Shown here: positions 38,195-49,686 of the stretch, piece after piece
Layout: every line of letters starts with the position of its first letter
Numbering within the stretch: the first letter of the stretch is position 1
Assembly (NCBI GenBank): GCA_944388735.1
Contig: CALXJX010000005.1
Location: 1 to 63,329, forward strand
Reading direction: 5' to 3'
Source of the DNA: an uncultured Clostridia bacterium
GTDB lineage: Bacteria; Bacillota; Clostridia; TANB77; CAG-508
DNA: 63,329 nt
The notes under the pieces: model-generated
The model's input: only the letters and a program-made list of their open reading frames with translations
Told to the model about the DNA's origin: nothing
Database searches by the model: none
Position numbers and translations under genes: made by a program

Positions 38195-40924
38195 TTATTC
38201 ATCTTTAGTTGTGTTTATTTTAAATAACTTAAATAGCTCTACAATTAATAATGGAGCAAATATTAAACATACTAATTCAATGATATTTCCTACTGGTAAT
38301 AATGGTATGCTAAATATACTTCTTAATGCTGGTATTGCTAAAATAATAAACATCAAAGCAGCTGAGCCTAATACAGCCCAAATTAATTTACTATTATTAA
38401 ACACTTTTGTTTTAAATATTGATTTTTTATTATTTCTTATGTTAAATACATGTACAAGTTCAGATAATGCAAGTGTAACAAAAGCCATTGTTTGACCAAC
38501 TTCTATTTTTGACTCGTCTAATGTCAAACCGTCTATTGGAGTAGTTGTTGTTGCTAATCCTATCATAAATGCTGCTAATGTTAATAATCCTATCATTACA
38601 CCTTGATAGATAACTCTCCATGTCATTCCTTTTGTAAATACACCTTTTCCCGGTTTATTTGGTTTTCTTCTCATTATATCTTCATTTGCTGGATCAAATG
38701 CTAATGCCAAAGCTGGTAGTGAGTCTGTTACTAAATTTATCCATAATATATGAATTGGTAACAATATTTCTAAATGAGTAATATCTGATATTCCAAACCA
38801 TTGTGCGAATAACGGTGTACAAAGTGTTGCTAAAAATAATACTACTATTTCACCTACATTACTTGATAATAAAAATTGTATAACCTTTAAGATATTGTCA
38901 TATATTCTTCTTCCTTCTTCTACTGCTGATACTATTGTTGCAAAATTATCATCTGTTAATATTACATCTGCCGCTTCTTTTGCTACATCTGTTCCAACAA
39001 CCCCCATTGCACATCCAATATCTGATCTTTTTAGTGCTGGGCTATCATTTACCCCGTCACCTGTCATAGCGACAATTTCTCCATTTTTTTGCCATGCCTT
39101 TACAATTCTAACTTTATGTTCTGGTGAAACTCTTGCATATACAGAATATTTTCTCACATTTTTTTCTAGTTCTTCATCAGACATTTTTTCTAAATCTTGA
39201 CCTGTTATTGCTTCGTCTTCATTTTCTAGAATTCCTAATTTCTTTGCTATTGCTGTAGCCGTTATCTTGTGGTCTCCAGTTATCATAATTGTTTTTATTC
39301 CTGCTGTTTTACATTTTTCTACTGCTTTTTTTGCTTCCTCTCTTGGTGGATCTATCATTCCTACCATTCCTATAAATGTTAGATTATTTTCCATGTTTTC
39401 CATTTCTTCAGTAGTTGGTTTATGATCTATTTCTTTATACGCACAAGCTAGCACCCTTAATGCTTCTTTTGCCATTTCTTCATTTTTTTGTCTGATTATT
39501 TCAGCATATTTCTCTAAATCTGATTTTACTTCTCCATTTAATAAATAATTATTGCATCTTTTTAATAATTCGTCTACTCCACCTTTTGTATACACAACAT
39601 ATTTTCCATTAAATTCATTTACTGTTGTCATTAACTTTCTGTCAGAATCAAAAGGTATTTCTTGGACTCTAGGCATCATATCGTATATACTTGGCTCAAA
39701 ATCTAGTTTGAATGCCATATCTACTAATGCTGTTTCTGTTGGGTCTCCTGTTAAATTTCCATCTTTAGATATTTTGGTATCATTACATAGCATATTTGCA
39801 TATACTAATTTTTTTACATCTTCATTATTATTTTGCTCTTTATAATCTTTAACATCTTTTGTTTCAGAATTTATAAAGATTTTCTCTACTGTCATTTTAT
39901 TTTGTGTTAATGTTCCAGTTTTGTCTGAGCATATTACTGTTGCACTTCCTAATGTTTCAACTGCTGGTAATCTTTTTACAATAGCATTTCTTTTTACCAT
40001 TTTTTGAACACCTATTGCTAGAACAATTGTTGATACTGCAACTAATCCTTCTGGTATAGCTGCAACTGCTAAACTTACTGCTGTCATAAACATCTGAATT
40101 GGTTCTTTTCCTTGAAGTAATCCTATAAAGAATATAACCACACATATTGCAAGTGCTGCAATACCTAATGTCTTTCCTAATTTATTTAGTTTTTGTTGTA
40201 ATGGTGTTTCTTGTTTTTCTGTACTATTTATCATTCCTGCTATTTTTCCAACTTCTGTTGTCATCCCTGTCTCTACAACAATTCCTTTTCCTCTACCGAA
40301 TGTTACCAAACTTGAAGAGAATAACATATTTAGTCTATCTCCAACGCCAACTTCTGTATCTTCAATTTTTTCAGTATTTTTTTCTACTGGCACAGATTCT
40401 CCTGTAAGAGAAGCTTCCTGTGATTTTAAATTTACAGCTTCTATAATTCTTAAATCTGCTGGTATATAGTCTCCTGTATCAAGAACAACTATATCTCCTG
40501 GTACTAATTCTTTTGCAGGAATTACTGTTACTTCTCCATTTCTAACTACCTTTGATGCATGGTCTGTTAATTTTTGCAAGGCTTCTAATGATTTTTCTGC
40601 TTTTGCTTCTTGACTTACTCCTATAATAGCATTTACAATAACTACTATTAATATAATAATTGTGTCTGTTATTCCTTCTCCTTCAGCTATTCCAACAGCT
40701 CCTGAAACTATTGCTGCAATTATTAGTACAATTATTGAGAAGTCTTTAAATTGATCTAGAAATCTTTGTAGTAAAGATTTCTTTTTTGCCTCTTTTAATT
40801 GATTTAAGCCATATTTTTCTTGTCTTTTTTGAACTTCTTCTGTCGTTAACCCTTTTTCTAAGTCTGTATTTAGTTCTTTTTCAACATCCTTTACTTCTTT
40901 GTTAAACCACTTGATGTTTTCCAA
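38195..40924 (-). CDS. P-type ATPase, P2 (Ca2+-transporting) type
   Basis: 909 aa. TGES, AIPEGL, CSDKTGTLT, MITGDH and TGDGVNDSPALK motifs. N-terminal Cation_ATPase_N-like segment. Confidence 0.85.
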   Translation of the reverse strand: MENIKWFNKEVKDVEKELNTDLEKGLTTEEVQKRQEKYGLNQLKEAKKKSLLQRFLDQFKDFSIIVLIIAAIVSGAVGIAEGEGITDTIIILIVVIVNAIIGVSQEAKAEKSLEALQKLTDHASKVVRNGEVTVIPAKELVPGDIVVLDTGDYIPADLRIIEAVNLKSQEASLTGESVPVEKNTEKIEDTEVGVGDRLNMLFSSSLVTFGRGKGIVVETGMTTEVGKIAGMINSTEKQETPLQQKLNKLGKTLGIAALAICVVIFFIGLLQGKEPIQMFMTAVSLAVAAIPEGLVAVSTIVLAIGVQKMVKRNAIVKRLPAVETLGSATVICSDKTGTLTQNKMTVEKIFINSETKDVKDYKEQNNNEDVKKLVYANMLCNDTKISKDGNLTGDPTETALVDMAFKLDFEPSIYDMMPRVQEIPFDSDRKLMTTVNEFNGKYVVYTKGGVDELLKRCNNYLLNGEVKSDLEKYAEIIRQKNEEMAKEALRVLACAYKEIDHKPTTEEMENMENNLTFIGMVGMIDPPREEAKKAVEKCKTAGIKTIMITGDHKITATAIAKKLGILENEDEAITGQDLEKMSDEELEKNVRKYSVYARVSPEHKVRIVKAWQKNGEIVAMTGDGVNDSPALKRSDIGCAMGVVGTDVAKEAADVILTDDNFATIVSAVEEGRRIYDNILKVIQFLLSSNVGEIVVLFLATLCTPLFAQWFGISDITHLEILLPIHILWINLVTDSLPALALAFDPANEDIMRRKPNKPGKGVFTKGMTWRVIYQGVMIGLLTLAAFMIGLATTTTPIDGLTLDESKIEVGQTMAFVTLALSELVHVFNIRNNKKSIFKTKVFNNSKLIWAVLGSAALMFIILAIPALRSIFSIPLLPVGNIIELVCLIFAPLLIVELFKLFKINTTKDE

Positions 40925-41126
40925 ATTAATCCTCTCCTTTTTTCCTTATTTTATCCATTTTGCAAAAATTTATAATTTTAAAATGTTAAGCTTATATAAC
41001 TTTTATCATTTGATTAAAAGTATCATTCTACAACATTGATTGAAATAAATTGTTTTATACTATTAGTTTGTATGAAATAAATTTTCAATCAATAAGTTTA
41101 AGTCAGAATTATTGGTTTTAAACTAC

Positions 41127-41172
41127 AAAAAGACCTTTAAAAGGATTTTTTCAAATTCCTTTTAAAAGTCTT
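41127..41172 (-). terminator. Long hairpin plus T-run downstream of tRNA-Glu/obg
   Basis: AAAAAGACCTTTAAAAGGA ... TCCTTTTAAAAGTCTT. The minus strand has a T-run after the stem. Confidence 0.5.
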
Positions 41173-41282
41173 GCTTACTATTTAATCGATAGCTTACTAA
41201 CCAGATATATCATATCGCGAATGTTGATTAGTAATTTGAAGCTACTCCCTTTTAATTTATTACTTTTATCTAATTTTTTCTT

Positions 41283-41357
41283 TGGTGACCCCTACGGGAA
41301 TCGAACCCATGATTCCACCTTGAGAGGGTGGCGTCTTAACCGCTTGACCAAGGGGCC
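41283..41357 (-). tRNA. tRNA-Glu (anticodon CUC), encoded CCA
   Basis: Reverse complement GGCCCCTTGGTCAAGCGGTTAAGACGCCACCCTCTCAAGGTGGAATCATGGGTTCGATTCCCGTAGGGGTCACCA. Anticodon stem CCACC/GGTGG with loop CTCTCAA. Confidence 0.85.
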
Positions 41358-41417
41358 TTTAATTAATCTATATATTTATACCATTTTTTTTTACTTTAGT
41401 CAACTACTTTTTTTAAA

Positions 41418-42699
<1,282 letters not shown>

Positions 42700-42825
42700 T
42701 TCTTCCTCCTTACTAATTTATTTGTAATCGTAAAATTAGTTCAAGATTATATTATAAATTACATTTATAATGCTTAAAGTTTAATATTACTTAAACTACT
42801 AAAATAATGAATTTCTTTATTTAAA

Positions 42826-43836
42826 TTACTCAAAATAATCTAACATCATAGCTTTTTTTACTTTCTTCATTGTTTCTTGTGCAGTCTTTCTTGCCTTAGC
42901 AGTTCCTTCTATCAAAACTTTATCTACTTCTTCTGGATGTGCCTCGTAATATTCTCTCTTCTCTCTTATAGGTCTTAAATACTCTATGATATTGTTAGCT
43001 AATTGCTTTTTACAAGCTACGCAGCCTCTTTTTCCTGCTCTACATTCTTCACAGACCACTTTTACATCTTCTGGTTTTGTAAATAATTTATGATAATATG
43101 CAACCATACAAATATCAGGATTTCCTAAATCATCTTTTTTTATTCTGTTTGGATCTGTTACAGCACTCATAACCTTTTTCGTTATTTCTTCTTCAGAATC
43201 AGCTAAATATATTGCATTTCCTAAAGATTTTCCCATTTTTTCGTTTCCATCTAATCCTTTTATTCTCTTTCCTTCTGACAATACAATTTTTGGCTCAACT
43301 AGAACTTCCCCATAAATACTATTAAATTTTCTTACAATCTCTCTACATTGTTCTATTAATGGTTCTTGATCTTCTCCTGCTGGTACCAATTCTCCTTCAA
43401 ATGTTGTTATATCTGCTGCTTGACTTACTGGATATCCTAGAAATCCATAAGTTACACTTTCTCCAAATAATTCCTTTTTTTGTGCAATTTCTGTTTTAAC
43501 TGTTGGGTTTCTTTGAAGTCTTGCTATTGTCACTAAATTAGAATAATATACCGTTAACTCTGCTGTTTCTGGTATCATTGACTGTATATATATTGTCGTT
43601 TTTTCTGGGTCTATACCACAAGACAAATAGTCAATTGCTAGTTCTCTTACATTTTTTCTTACTTTTTCTGGATTGTTAAAATTATCTGTTAGTGCTTGAA
43701 CATCTGCAATTAAAATATACATATCATATTTTCCACTATTTTGCATTTCTATTCTTTTTTTTAAAGAACCAAAATAATGTCCAATATGTAATTTTCCTGT
43801 TGGCCTATCACCTGTTAAAATCCTCTTTTTGTCCAT
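42826..43836 (-). CDS. trpS: Tryptophan--tRNA ligase
   Basis: 336 aa. GKLHIGHY (HIGH) and KMGKS (KMSKS) motifs. Confidence 0.85.
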   Translation of the reverse strand: MDKKRILTGDRPTGKLHIGHYFGSLKKRIEMQNSGKYDMYILIADVQALTDNFNNPEKVRKNVRELAIDYLSCGIDPEKTTIYIQSMIPETAELTVYYSNLVTIARLQRNPTVKTEIAQKKELFGESVTYGFLGYPVSQAADITTFEGELVPAGEDQEPLIEQCREIVRKFNSIYGEVLVEPKIVLSEGKRIKGLDGNEKMGKSLGNAIYLADSEEEITKKVMSAVTDPNRIKKDDLGNPDICMVAYYHKLFTKPEDVKVVCEECRAGKRGCVACKKQLANNIIEYLRPIREKREYYEAHPEEVDKVLIEGTAKARKTAQETMKKVKKAMMLDYFE

Positions 43837-43931
43837 TTTTCATTATCACCCTTTCTCATACTTACTTAAAATTCTTTTTATTTTAATATTTCTTTATCTA
43901 TAATTTTAATATTTCCTTTTTCTTAATATTC

Positions 43932-45296
43932 TTACATTTCTGCAATTAAGTCATAATTGTCAACATATATTATCTTACATTTTATAAATTTATTTATAAA
44001 TTTTTCTGGGTTTTCTTCGGCATTGTTTTTTATGTATACTAATCCGTCAATATCCGGAACATCTTGCATAGTTCTTCCTATATAATATCTTCTGTCAAAA
44101 GACATATCTTCTATTAAAACTTCATACTCTTTTCCAATTTTCTTCCTTAAATTTTGATTCGAAACTTTCTGCTGAATTTGCATTATCTTATTATATCTGC
44201 TTTTCTTTGTATTTCCGTGTATCTGGTCTGGCAACTTTGCTGCTGGAGTGCCTTCCTCTCTTGAATACATAAAAGCTCCTAACTTATCAAATTTAGCTTG
44301 CTGAACAAACTTACACAATTCTTCAAAATCTTCGTCTGTTTCTCCTGGAAATCCTACCATTAAACTTGTCCTTAATGTCACTTCTGGTATTCTTTCTCGA
44401 ATTTTTTCAATTAATCCTTGGATTTGCTCTTTACTTGTTTTTCTATTCATTTTTTTTAACATGTTATTAGCTATATGTTGAACTGGAATATCAAAATATT
44501 TTGCTATTTTATCATTATTAGCAACAAATTCAATTAACTCATCTGAAATTCCTTCAGGGTAAGAATACAAAAATCGAATCCATTTTAATTCTTTTATTTT
44601 ACTCAATTCCTGCAATAGCTCTGTTAATTTACTTTCTCCATAAATATCAATTCCATATTTTGTTGTATCTTGTGCTATCACTATCAACTCTTTAATTCCT
44701 TTTTTTACTAATGCTTTTGCCTCTTGTAAAATATCTTCCATTTTTCTGCTAACAAAAGGACCTCTTATATATGGAATTGCACAATATGTACACCTATTGC
44801 TACATCCTTCTCCAATCTTTAAATATGCATAATTCTTACCTGTACTTATTTCTCTGTTTAAAAATTCTTCTTGTGTTAACATCGGCATTGGAGATATTTC
44901 AGATATTTTCTTAATTGACTTCGTTTTTGATTTTTCTACAATTCCTCTTTTTATTAAATCTTCAATTTTTTCCCATATACAGTCATATTCATCTAATTTT
45001 ATAAATAAATCTACTTCTGGTAATGCTTTTTGCAAATCATCATAATATCTTTGGACTAAACATCCCATTACAATTAAATATTTGCATTTTTGCTTTTTAT
45101 ATTCGGCCATTTCTAGTATTGTATTTATTGCTTCTTCTTTTGCAGAATCAATAAATCCACACGTATTTATAATAATTATATCTGAATCCTTTTCTTCATT
45201 CACAATTTCTAATCCGTGCTCTTTGCATATTCCTATTGTTGCTTCTGTATCAATTAAATTTTTACTACATCCTAAGTGTACAAATCCTATTTTCAT
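43932..45296 (-). CDS. rimO: Ribosomal protein S12 methylthiotransferase RimO (radical SAM MTTase)
   Basis: KIGFVHLGCSKNLIDTE, NTCGFI, CSNRCTYCAIP (CxxxCxxC) and a C-terminal TRAM domain. Confidence 0.8.
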   Translation of the reverse strand: MKIGFVHLGCSKNLIDTEATIGICKEHGLEIVNEEKDSDIIIINTCGFIDSAKEEAINTILEMAEYKKQKCKYLIVMGCLVQRYYDDLQKALPEVDLFIKLDEYDCIWEKIEDLIKRGIVEKSKTKSIKKISEISPMPMLTQEEFLNREISTGKNYAYLKIGEGCSNRCTYCAIPYIRGPFVSRKMEDILQEAKALVKKGIKELIVIAQDTTKYGIDIYGESKLTELLQELSKIKELKWIRFLYSYPEGISDELIEFVANNDKIAKYFDIPVQHIANNMLKKMNRKTSKEQIQGLIEKIRERIPEVTLRTSLMVGFPGETDEDFEELCKFVQQAKFDKLGAFMYSREEGTPAAKLPDQIHGNTKKSRYNKIMQIQQKVSNQNLRKKIGKEYEVLIEDMSFDRRYYIGRTMQDVPDIDGLVYIKNNAEENPEKFINKFIKCKIIYVDNYDLIAEM

Positions 45297-45343
45297 TTTT
45301 AACCGTTTCCCTTCCTAAAGTAATGAATCTTTCCTTTCGCACA

Positions 45344-46528
45344 TTAGTCTCTATGACTACAAATATGTTTTCTTGTCAATTCCATTAAATCTAATTTTGT
45401 AAATCCCTCTACTTGTGTTTTGGCTCTATCTTTTCTTAATTCTAATTTTAATAGATTTTCTATTTTATTTTTATTTTCTTCTTTTTGCATATCTATATAG
45501 TCAATAATAATTATACCTCCGATATCTCTTAGTCTTAATTGTTTAGCAATTTCTATAGTGGCTTCTTCATTAACCTTATATATAGTTTGGTCTAAGTTTT
45601 TTGTACCTGTATATTTTCCTGTATTGACATCTATTGCTGTTAAAGCTTCTGTTTTATCTATAGTGATAAAACCTCCACATTTTAGCCATATTTTTCTATT
45701 TTCTATTTTTTCAATTTGTTTTTCAATATCATATTGGCTAAAAATTTTATCTGTTGATTTCATTACAATATTTAAATCCTTATATTCTTCATTATAATTT
45801 TTTATTTTTTCTATCTTATCATACTCTTCCTTATCATTTACTACTATATTTTTTAAGTTTTTATCTGCAAGATCTATTAAAATTTTCTCTATGATATCTT
45901 CGCTCTTATATAATAGTTGTGGCTTATTTTCATTTGGATTTATGCTAGTTTGTATTATTTTATTCCATTTGTTTTCTACATATTTTATATCTTTTATAAT
46001 TTCTTGCTCTTTATTTTCTGCTGCTGTTCGTATTACTGCACCATTTCCTTCTGATAAATTTTTTCTTACTAAATTTATTAATCTTTTTTGCTCATTTTTA
46101 TCTTCTATTTTTTGAGATATTGTTATTATATCTGTATTTGGCATTAACATTATGTACTTACTTGGTAAGTTGATATGTGTTGAAATTCTTGCTCCTTTTT
46201 TTTCATTGCTATCTTTTTTTACCTGTACTAACATTTTTTGTCCAATCTTTAAAATGTCTTCAATTTTTACATCTGTATTTTGCTTTTCTTTAGTTTCATC
46301 TACTTTAGGTAAAATATCTTTTAAATGTATAAAACCATTTTTTTCTGTCCCTATATCTACAAATGCCGCTTGCATACCTTTTATTATGTCTTTTACAATT
46401 CCTATATATATATTTCCTTCATTTCTATTTGACTCATTATTTTCCTCGTAATATTCTTCCAATATACCATCATTTATTAATGCTATATATTTCTTGCCTT
46501 CTTCTTTTTTTATGTTTAATTCTAACAT
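45344..46528 (-). CDS. rng: Ribonuclease E/G family protein (short form)
   Basis: S1 domain (GNIYIGIVKDIIKGMQAAFVDIG), then catalytic core motifs (AIDVNTGKY, IIIIDYIDM). Confidence 0.75.
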   Translation of the reverse strand: MLELNIKKEEGKKYIALINDGILEEYYEENNESNRNEGNIYIGIVKDIIKGMQAAFVDIGTEKNGFIHLKDILPKVDETKEKQNTDVKIEDILKIGQKMLVQVKKDSNEKKGARISTHINLPSKYIMLMPNTDIITISQKIEDKNEQKRLINLVRKNLSEGNGAVIRTAAENKEQEIIKDIKYVENKWNKIIQTSINPNENKPQLLYKSEDIIEKILIDLADKNLKNIVVNDKEEYDKIEKIKNYNEEYKDLNIVMKSTDKIFSQYDIEKQIEKIENRKIWLKCGGFITIDKTEALTAIDVNTGKYTGTKNLDQTIYKVNEEATIEIAKQLRLRDIGGIIIIDYIDMQKEENKNKIENLLKLELRKDRAKTQVEGFTKLDLMELTRKHICSHRD

Positions 46529-46603
46529 TTTCTATTTTCGCTCCCTTTATTAATAAGTAACATTATTTTTTCTATGTTTATATTATAAATTGTTTTATAA
46601 ATT

Positions 46604-47161
46604 TTAGTTATATTTATTCATTGCATTGTCTATTCCATTCAAAATAATATCTACAACTGCATCTTTAGCTAATGTTGTTGATTTATCTAATTTACTGAAT
46701 TCTTCTTCAGGAACATAACCAATTACATAATTTATCATTTCTTCTTTATTAGCTGGCTTTCCTATCCCTATCCTAATTCTTGAAAATTCTTCTGTTCCTA
46801 AACATGATATTACTGATTTCATTCCGTTATGAGAACCTGAGCCTCCTTTTTTTCTTAGTTTTATTGTTCCTATATCTATGTCCATGTCATCATAAATTAC
46901 AATTATGTTTTTGAAGTCTATTTTATAAAAGTCTACTACTTCCTTTATGCTTTCTCCACTTAGGTTCATATATGTTTGAGGCTTTAGTAATATGACTTTT
47001 TCTTCTTCTATTGTTCCTGTTCCTATTAAACCTTTAAATTTGTTTTTATTGATTTTTATATCATATTCTCTGGCTAATTTGTTAATAACATGAAACCCCA
47101 TATTATGTCTGGTTCTATCATATTCTTTTTCTGGATTTCCTAGGCCTACTATTAAGTACAT
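46604..47161 (-). CDS. pth: Peptidyl-tRNA hydrolase
   Basis: MYLIVGLGNPEKEYDRTRHNMGF... 185 aa. Confidence 0.9.
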   Translation of the reverse strand: MYLIVGLGNPEKEYDRTRHNMGFHVINKLAREYDIKINKNKFKGLIGTGTIEEEKVILLKPQTYMNLSGESIKEVVDFYKIDFKNIIVIYDDMDIDIGTIKLRKKGGSGSHNGMKSVISCLGTEEFSRIRIGIGKPANKEEMINYVIGYVPEEEFSKLDKSTTLAKDAVVDIILNGIDNAMNKYN

Positions 47162-47340
47162 TTTTAATTTTTTTCCTTTCTTTTTATTTTCTTTTTTGTA
47201 TTGTCTTCTATTATTTTTGTAATATAACTATTTTTTCTATACTATTTTACCTTGTTTTTGCCTTTTTTTCAAGCTTTTTTATTTAATATAATAAAAATAG
47301 AATAATTTTTCAAAGGTTAACGGGGGAATAATTTTTCAAC

Positions 47341-47366
47341 AAAAAAAAGCACCTAAGTGCTTTTTT
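47341..47366. terminator. Intrinsic terminator after spoVG
   Basis: AAAAAAAAGCAC-CTAA-GTGCTTTTTT. Confidence 0.6.
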
Positions 47367-47375
47367 ATCTATAAA

Positions 47376-47657
47376 TTATTCTGCTGATTCCTCTGTTCCT
47401 TCAGCTTCTGGAGCTTCATAAGCTTCTAATATAGCTGTTTGAATTTTTTCTCTAGTTTCAGCATTGATTGGATGAGCTATATCTTTGAATTCTCCGTTTG
47501 GAGTTTTTCTACTTGGCATAGCTATAAATAATCCATTTTGGCTTTCGATAACTTTGATGTCATGAACAACAAATTCATTATCGAATGTTACAGAAGCAAC
47601 AGCTTTCATTCTGTTCTCTGAATTTACTTTTCTTAAACGTACATCTGTGATTTGCAT
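47376..47657 (-). CDS. spoVG: Septation protein SpoVG
   Basis: [38 protein letters not shown]... The start was chosen at the ATG at 47657 (GGAAGGCGG RBS). The 27-codon upstream extension in the ORF track is unlikely. Confidence 0.9.
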   Translation of the reverse strand: MQITDVRLRKVNSENRMKAVASVTFDNEFVVHDIKVIESQNGLFIAMPSRKTPNGEFKDIAHPINAETREKIQTAILEAYEAPEAEGTEESAE

Positions 47658-47799
47658 TTTGCGTGCACCGCCTTCCTTAAGTTTTAAATTTATTTGTACA
47701 TATCCGTTAATCTTATGTACAGTTATATTATTCTCCATAAATTTATTTTATCCTTCTTTTTTTTACATTTTTTATAAATAAAATTTAATAAATTATAAT

Positions 47800-47925
47800 A
47801 ACAGTTCTCAACCTCTATAATAAGCTAAAAAATGTTGATATATTAATATTGAAAAAATTTATAAAATATTAATACATCAATATTTTAAGAAGTAATTTTA
47901 ATATATAAATTGTAACGAACTACTA
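47800..47925. repeat. AT-rich palindromic element (family 2), second copy
   Basis: Contains CCTCTATAATAAGCTAAAAA (47812-47831), identical to 6830-6849, plus internal arms AAAATGTTGATATATTAATATT / AATATTAATACATCAATATTTT. Confidence 0.55.
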
Positions 47926-48012
47926 CTTAAAATTTCCAAAAAAATTGTAAAACTATTGAATTTTTCAACATATAATTATATAATCAATCTATTATAAGGA
48001 GGATGTACAAAA

Positions 48013-49395
48013 ATGCCAAATATAGAAAACATAAAAAAATATAAAAATATACATATGATTGGAATCGGCGGAGTTAGTATGAGTGGAATTGCTGCAATTT
48101 TAAAAAATTGGGGTTTTCATATTACAGGTTCAGACACATCTAACTCCGAATCTGTTCGACTTTTATTAGATAGGGGTATAAAAGTAACAATTGGTCATAA
48201 TTTAGAAGATGTTGCAGCAAGTGATGTAGTAGTATATTCTGCAGCAGTAAAGCAAACTGACCCAGAAATTCTTGAAGCTAAAAGATTAAATATACCAACT
48301 ATTGAACGAGCTGACTTTTTAGGTGAATTAACTCGTTGCTATAAAGATACTATTTGTATCTCTGGAACACATGGAAAGACAACAACTACTTCTATGGTTT
48401 CATTATGTTTTATAGAGGCTTTAAAAGATCCTAGTATTCAAGTTGGAGCATTTTTAAAACCTTTGAATGGAAATTATCGTGTTGGAAATAGTGAACATTT
48501 TATTATTGAAGCTTGTGAATATGTCGAAAGTTTTTTAAAATTTAGTCCTAAAGCCGAAATTATTTTAAATATTGATAATGACCATTTAGACTATTTCAAA
48601 ACTTTTGATAATATAAAAAGTGCTTTTATTAAGTATGTAAAATTGTTACCTGATGACGGAATTTTAATTATAAATGGTGATGATTCAAATTGTTTGGACT
48701 TACCACAATATACAAATTGTAAATGTATTTCTTATGGAATCACAAATAAAAATACGGACTTTTTTGCAGTAGATATTGTATTTAATAAAGATGGTTTTGC
48801 CGAATTTGATGTATATCATCATAATCAATTTTTTGACAGAATAAGTTTATCTGTTCCAGGAATGCATAATGTTTTAAATGCTTTAGCTTGTATATCTTTA
48901 TGTACAGAATATGGAATTGATAAAAAAGATATTAAGAATGCTTTATTAAAATTCACAGGTGCACACAGAAGATTTGAATTTAAAGGCAAAATAAATGGCA
49001 TTGCTAGTGTTTATGATGATTATGGTCATCATCCAACAGAAATCTTAGCAACTGCCAAATCTTTAATGAATAAAGAATATAATAAATCTTGGGTTATTTT
49101 TCAGCCACATACTTACAGTAGAACTAAAAACCTTTTAGATGATTTTGCTAAAGCTTTATTAAATTTTGATAATATCGTCATTTTAGATATTTATGCTGCA
49201 AGAGAAAACAATGTATATGGAATTTCTTCCAGAGATTTAGCTGATAAGATTTCTTCTTTTGGAAAAGATGCTAAATATATTCCAGATTTTGATGATTGTG
49301 TTTCTTATATTAAAGAAAATGTTCAAAAAGACGATATTGTTATAACTCTTGGTGCCGGAACTGTTACAGAAATCGGTCCTTTACTTGTAAACTAA
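48013..49395 (+). CDS. murC: UDP-N-acetylmuramate--L-alanine ligase
   Basis: IHMIGIGGVSMSGIAAIL, GTHGKTTTTSM. 460 aa. Confidence 0.9.
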   Translation: MPNIENIKKYKNIHMIGIGGVSMSGIAAILKNWGFHITGSDTSNSESVRLLLDRGIKVTIGHNLEDVAASDVVVYSAAVKQTDPEILEAKRLNIPTIERADFLGELTRCYKDTICISGTHGKTTTTSMVSLCFIEALKDPSIQVGAFLKPLNGNYRVGNSEHFIIEACEYVESFLKFSPKAEIILNIDNDHLDYFKTFDNIKSAFIKYVKLLPDDGILIINGDDSNCLDLPQYTNCKCISYGITNKNTDFFAVDIVFNKDGFAEFDVYHHNQFFDRISLSVPGMHNVLNALACISLCTEYGIDKKDIKNALLKFTGAHRRFEFKGKINGIASVYDDYGHHPTEILATAKSLMNKEYNKSWVIFQPHTYSRTKNLLDDFAKALLNFDNIVILDIYAARENNVYGISSRDLADKISSFGKDAKYIPDFDDCVSYIKENVQKDDIVITLGAGTVTEIGPLLVN

Positions 49396-49397
49396 AG

Positions 49398-49674
49398 CCT
49401 TGAACTTTGGGGACAGTCTTTAAAGTTCAAAATAGTAACATTTTAAAAGAACTAAATGGCAAATTATACTTTCTTGAACAAGCTTCGAATGTGACGTGAA
49501 ATAAATGTATAAATTCTTAGCTTTAAATAACTGAGGAAGCGTGATTAACGAGAGGCTCGGTTATTTTAAGCTTAGAATTTATAATTTATGTAACAAGCCG
49601 AGAAGATTGTGAAAGAAAGCATAATTTGCCATTTAATCTCTTTGAACTTTAAAGACTGTCCCCAAAGTTCAAAG
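49398..49674 (+). repeat. NPE, full copy embedded in an additional ~33-bp outer palindrome
   Basis: Outer arms CCTTGAACTTTGGGGACAGTCTTTAAAGTTCAAA and their complement, inner arms AAATGGCAAATTATACTTTC and their complement, and the conserved core. Sits between the convergent murC and spoIVB stops. Confidence 0.8.
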
Positions 49675-49686
49675 TTCGCCCAAAGT

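Noticed and set aside
38124-38495. 123-aa plus-strand ORF
   Set aside because: Starts inside an NPE repeat and runs antisense to the 3' end of the P-type ATPase.
43837-43931. T-box leader upstream of trpS
   Set aside because: The intergenic region is only about 95 nt. I could not find a specifier-loop/antiterminator architecture or the conserved T-box sequence.
47658-47738. 27-codon N-terminal extension of spoVG in the track ORF
   Set aside because: SpoVG proteins begin MxxTDVR. The internal ATG at 47657 has its own RBS, and the extension has none.
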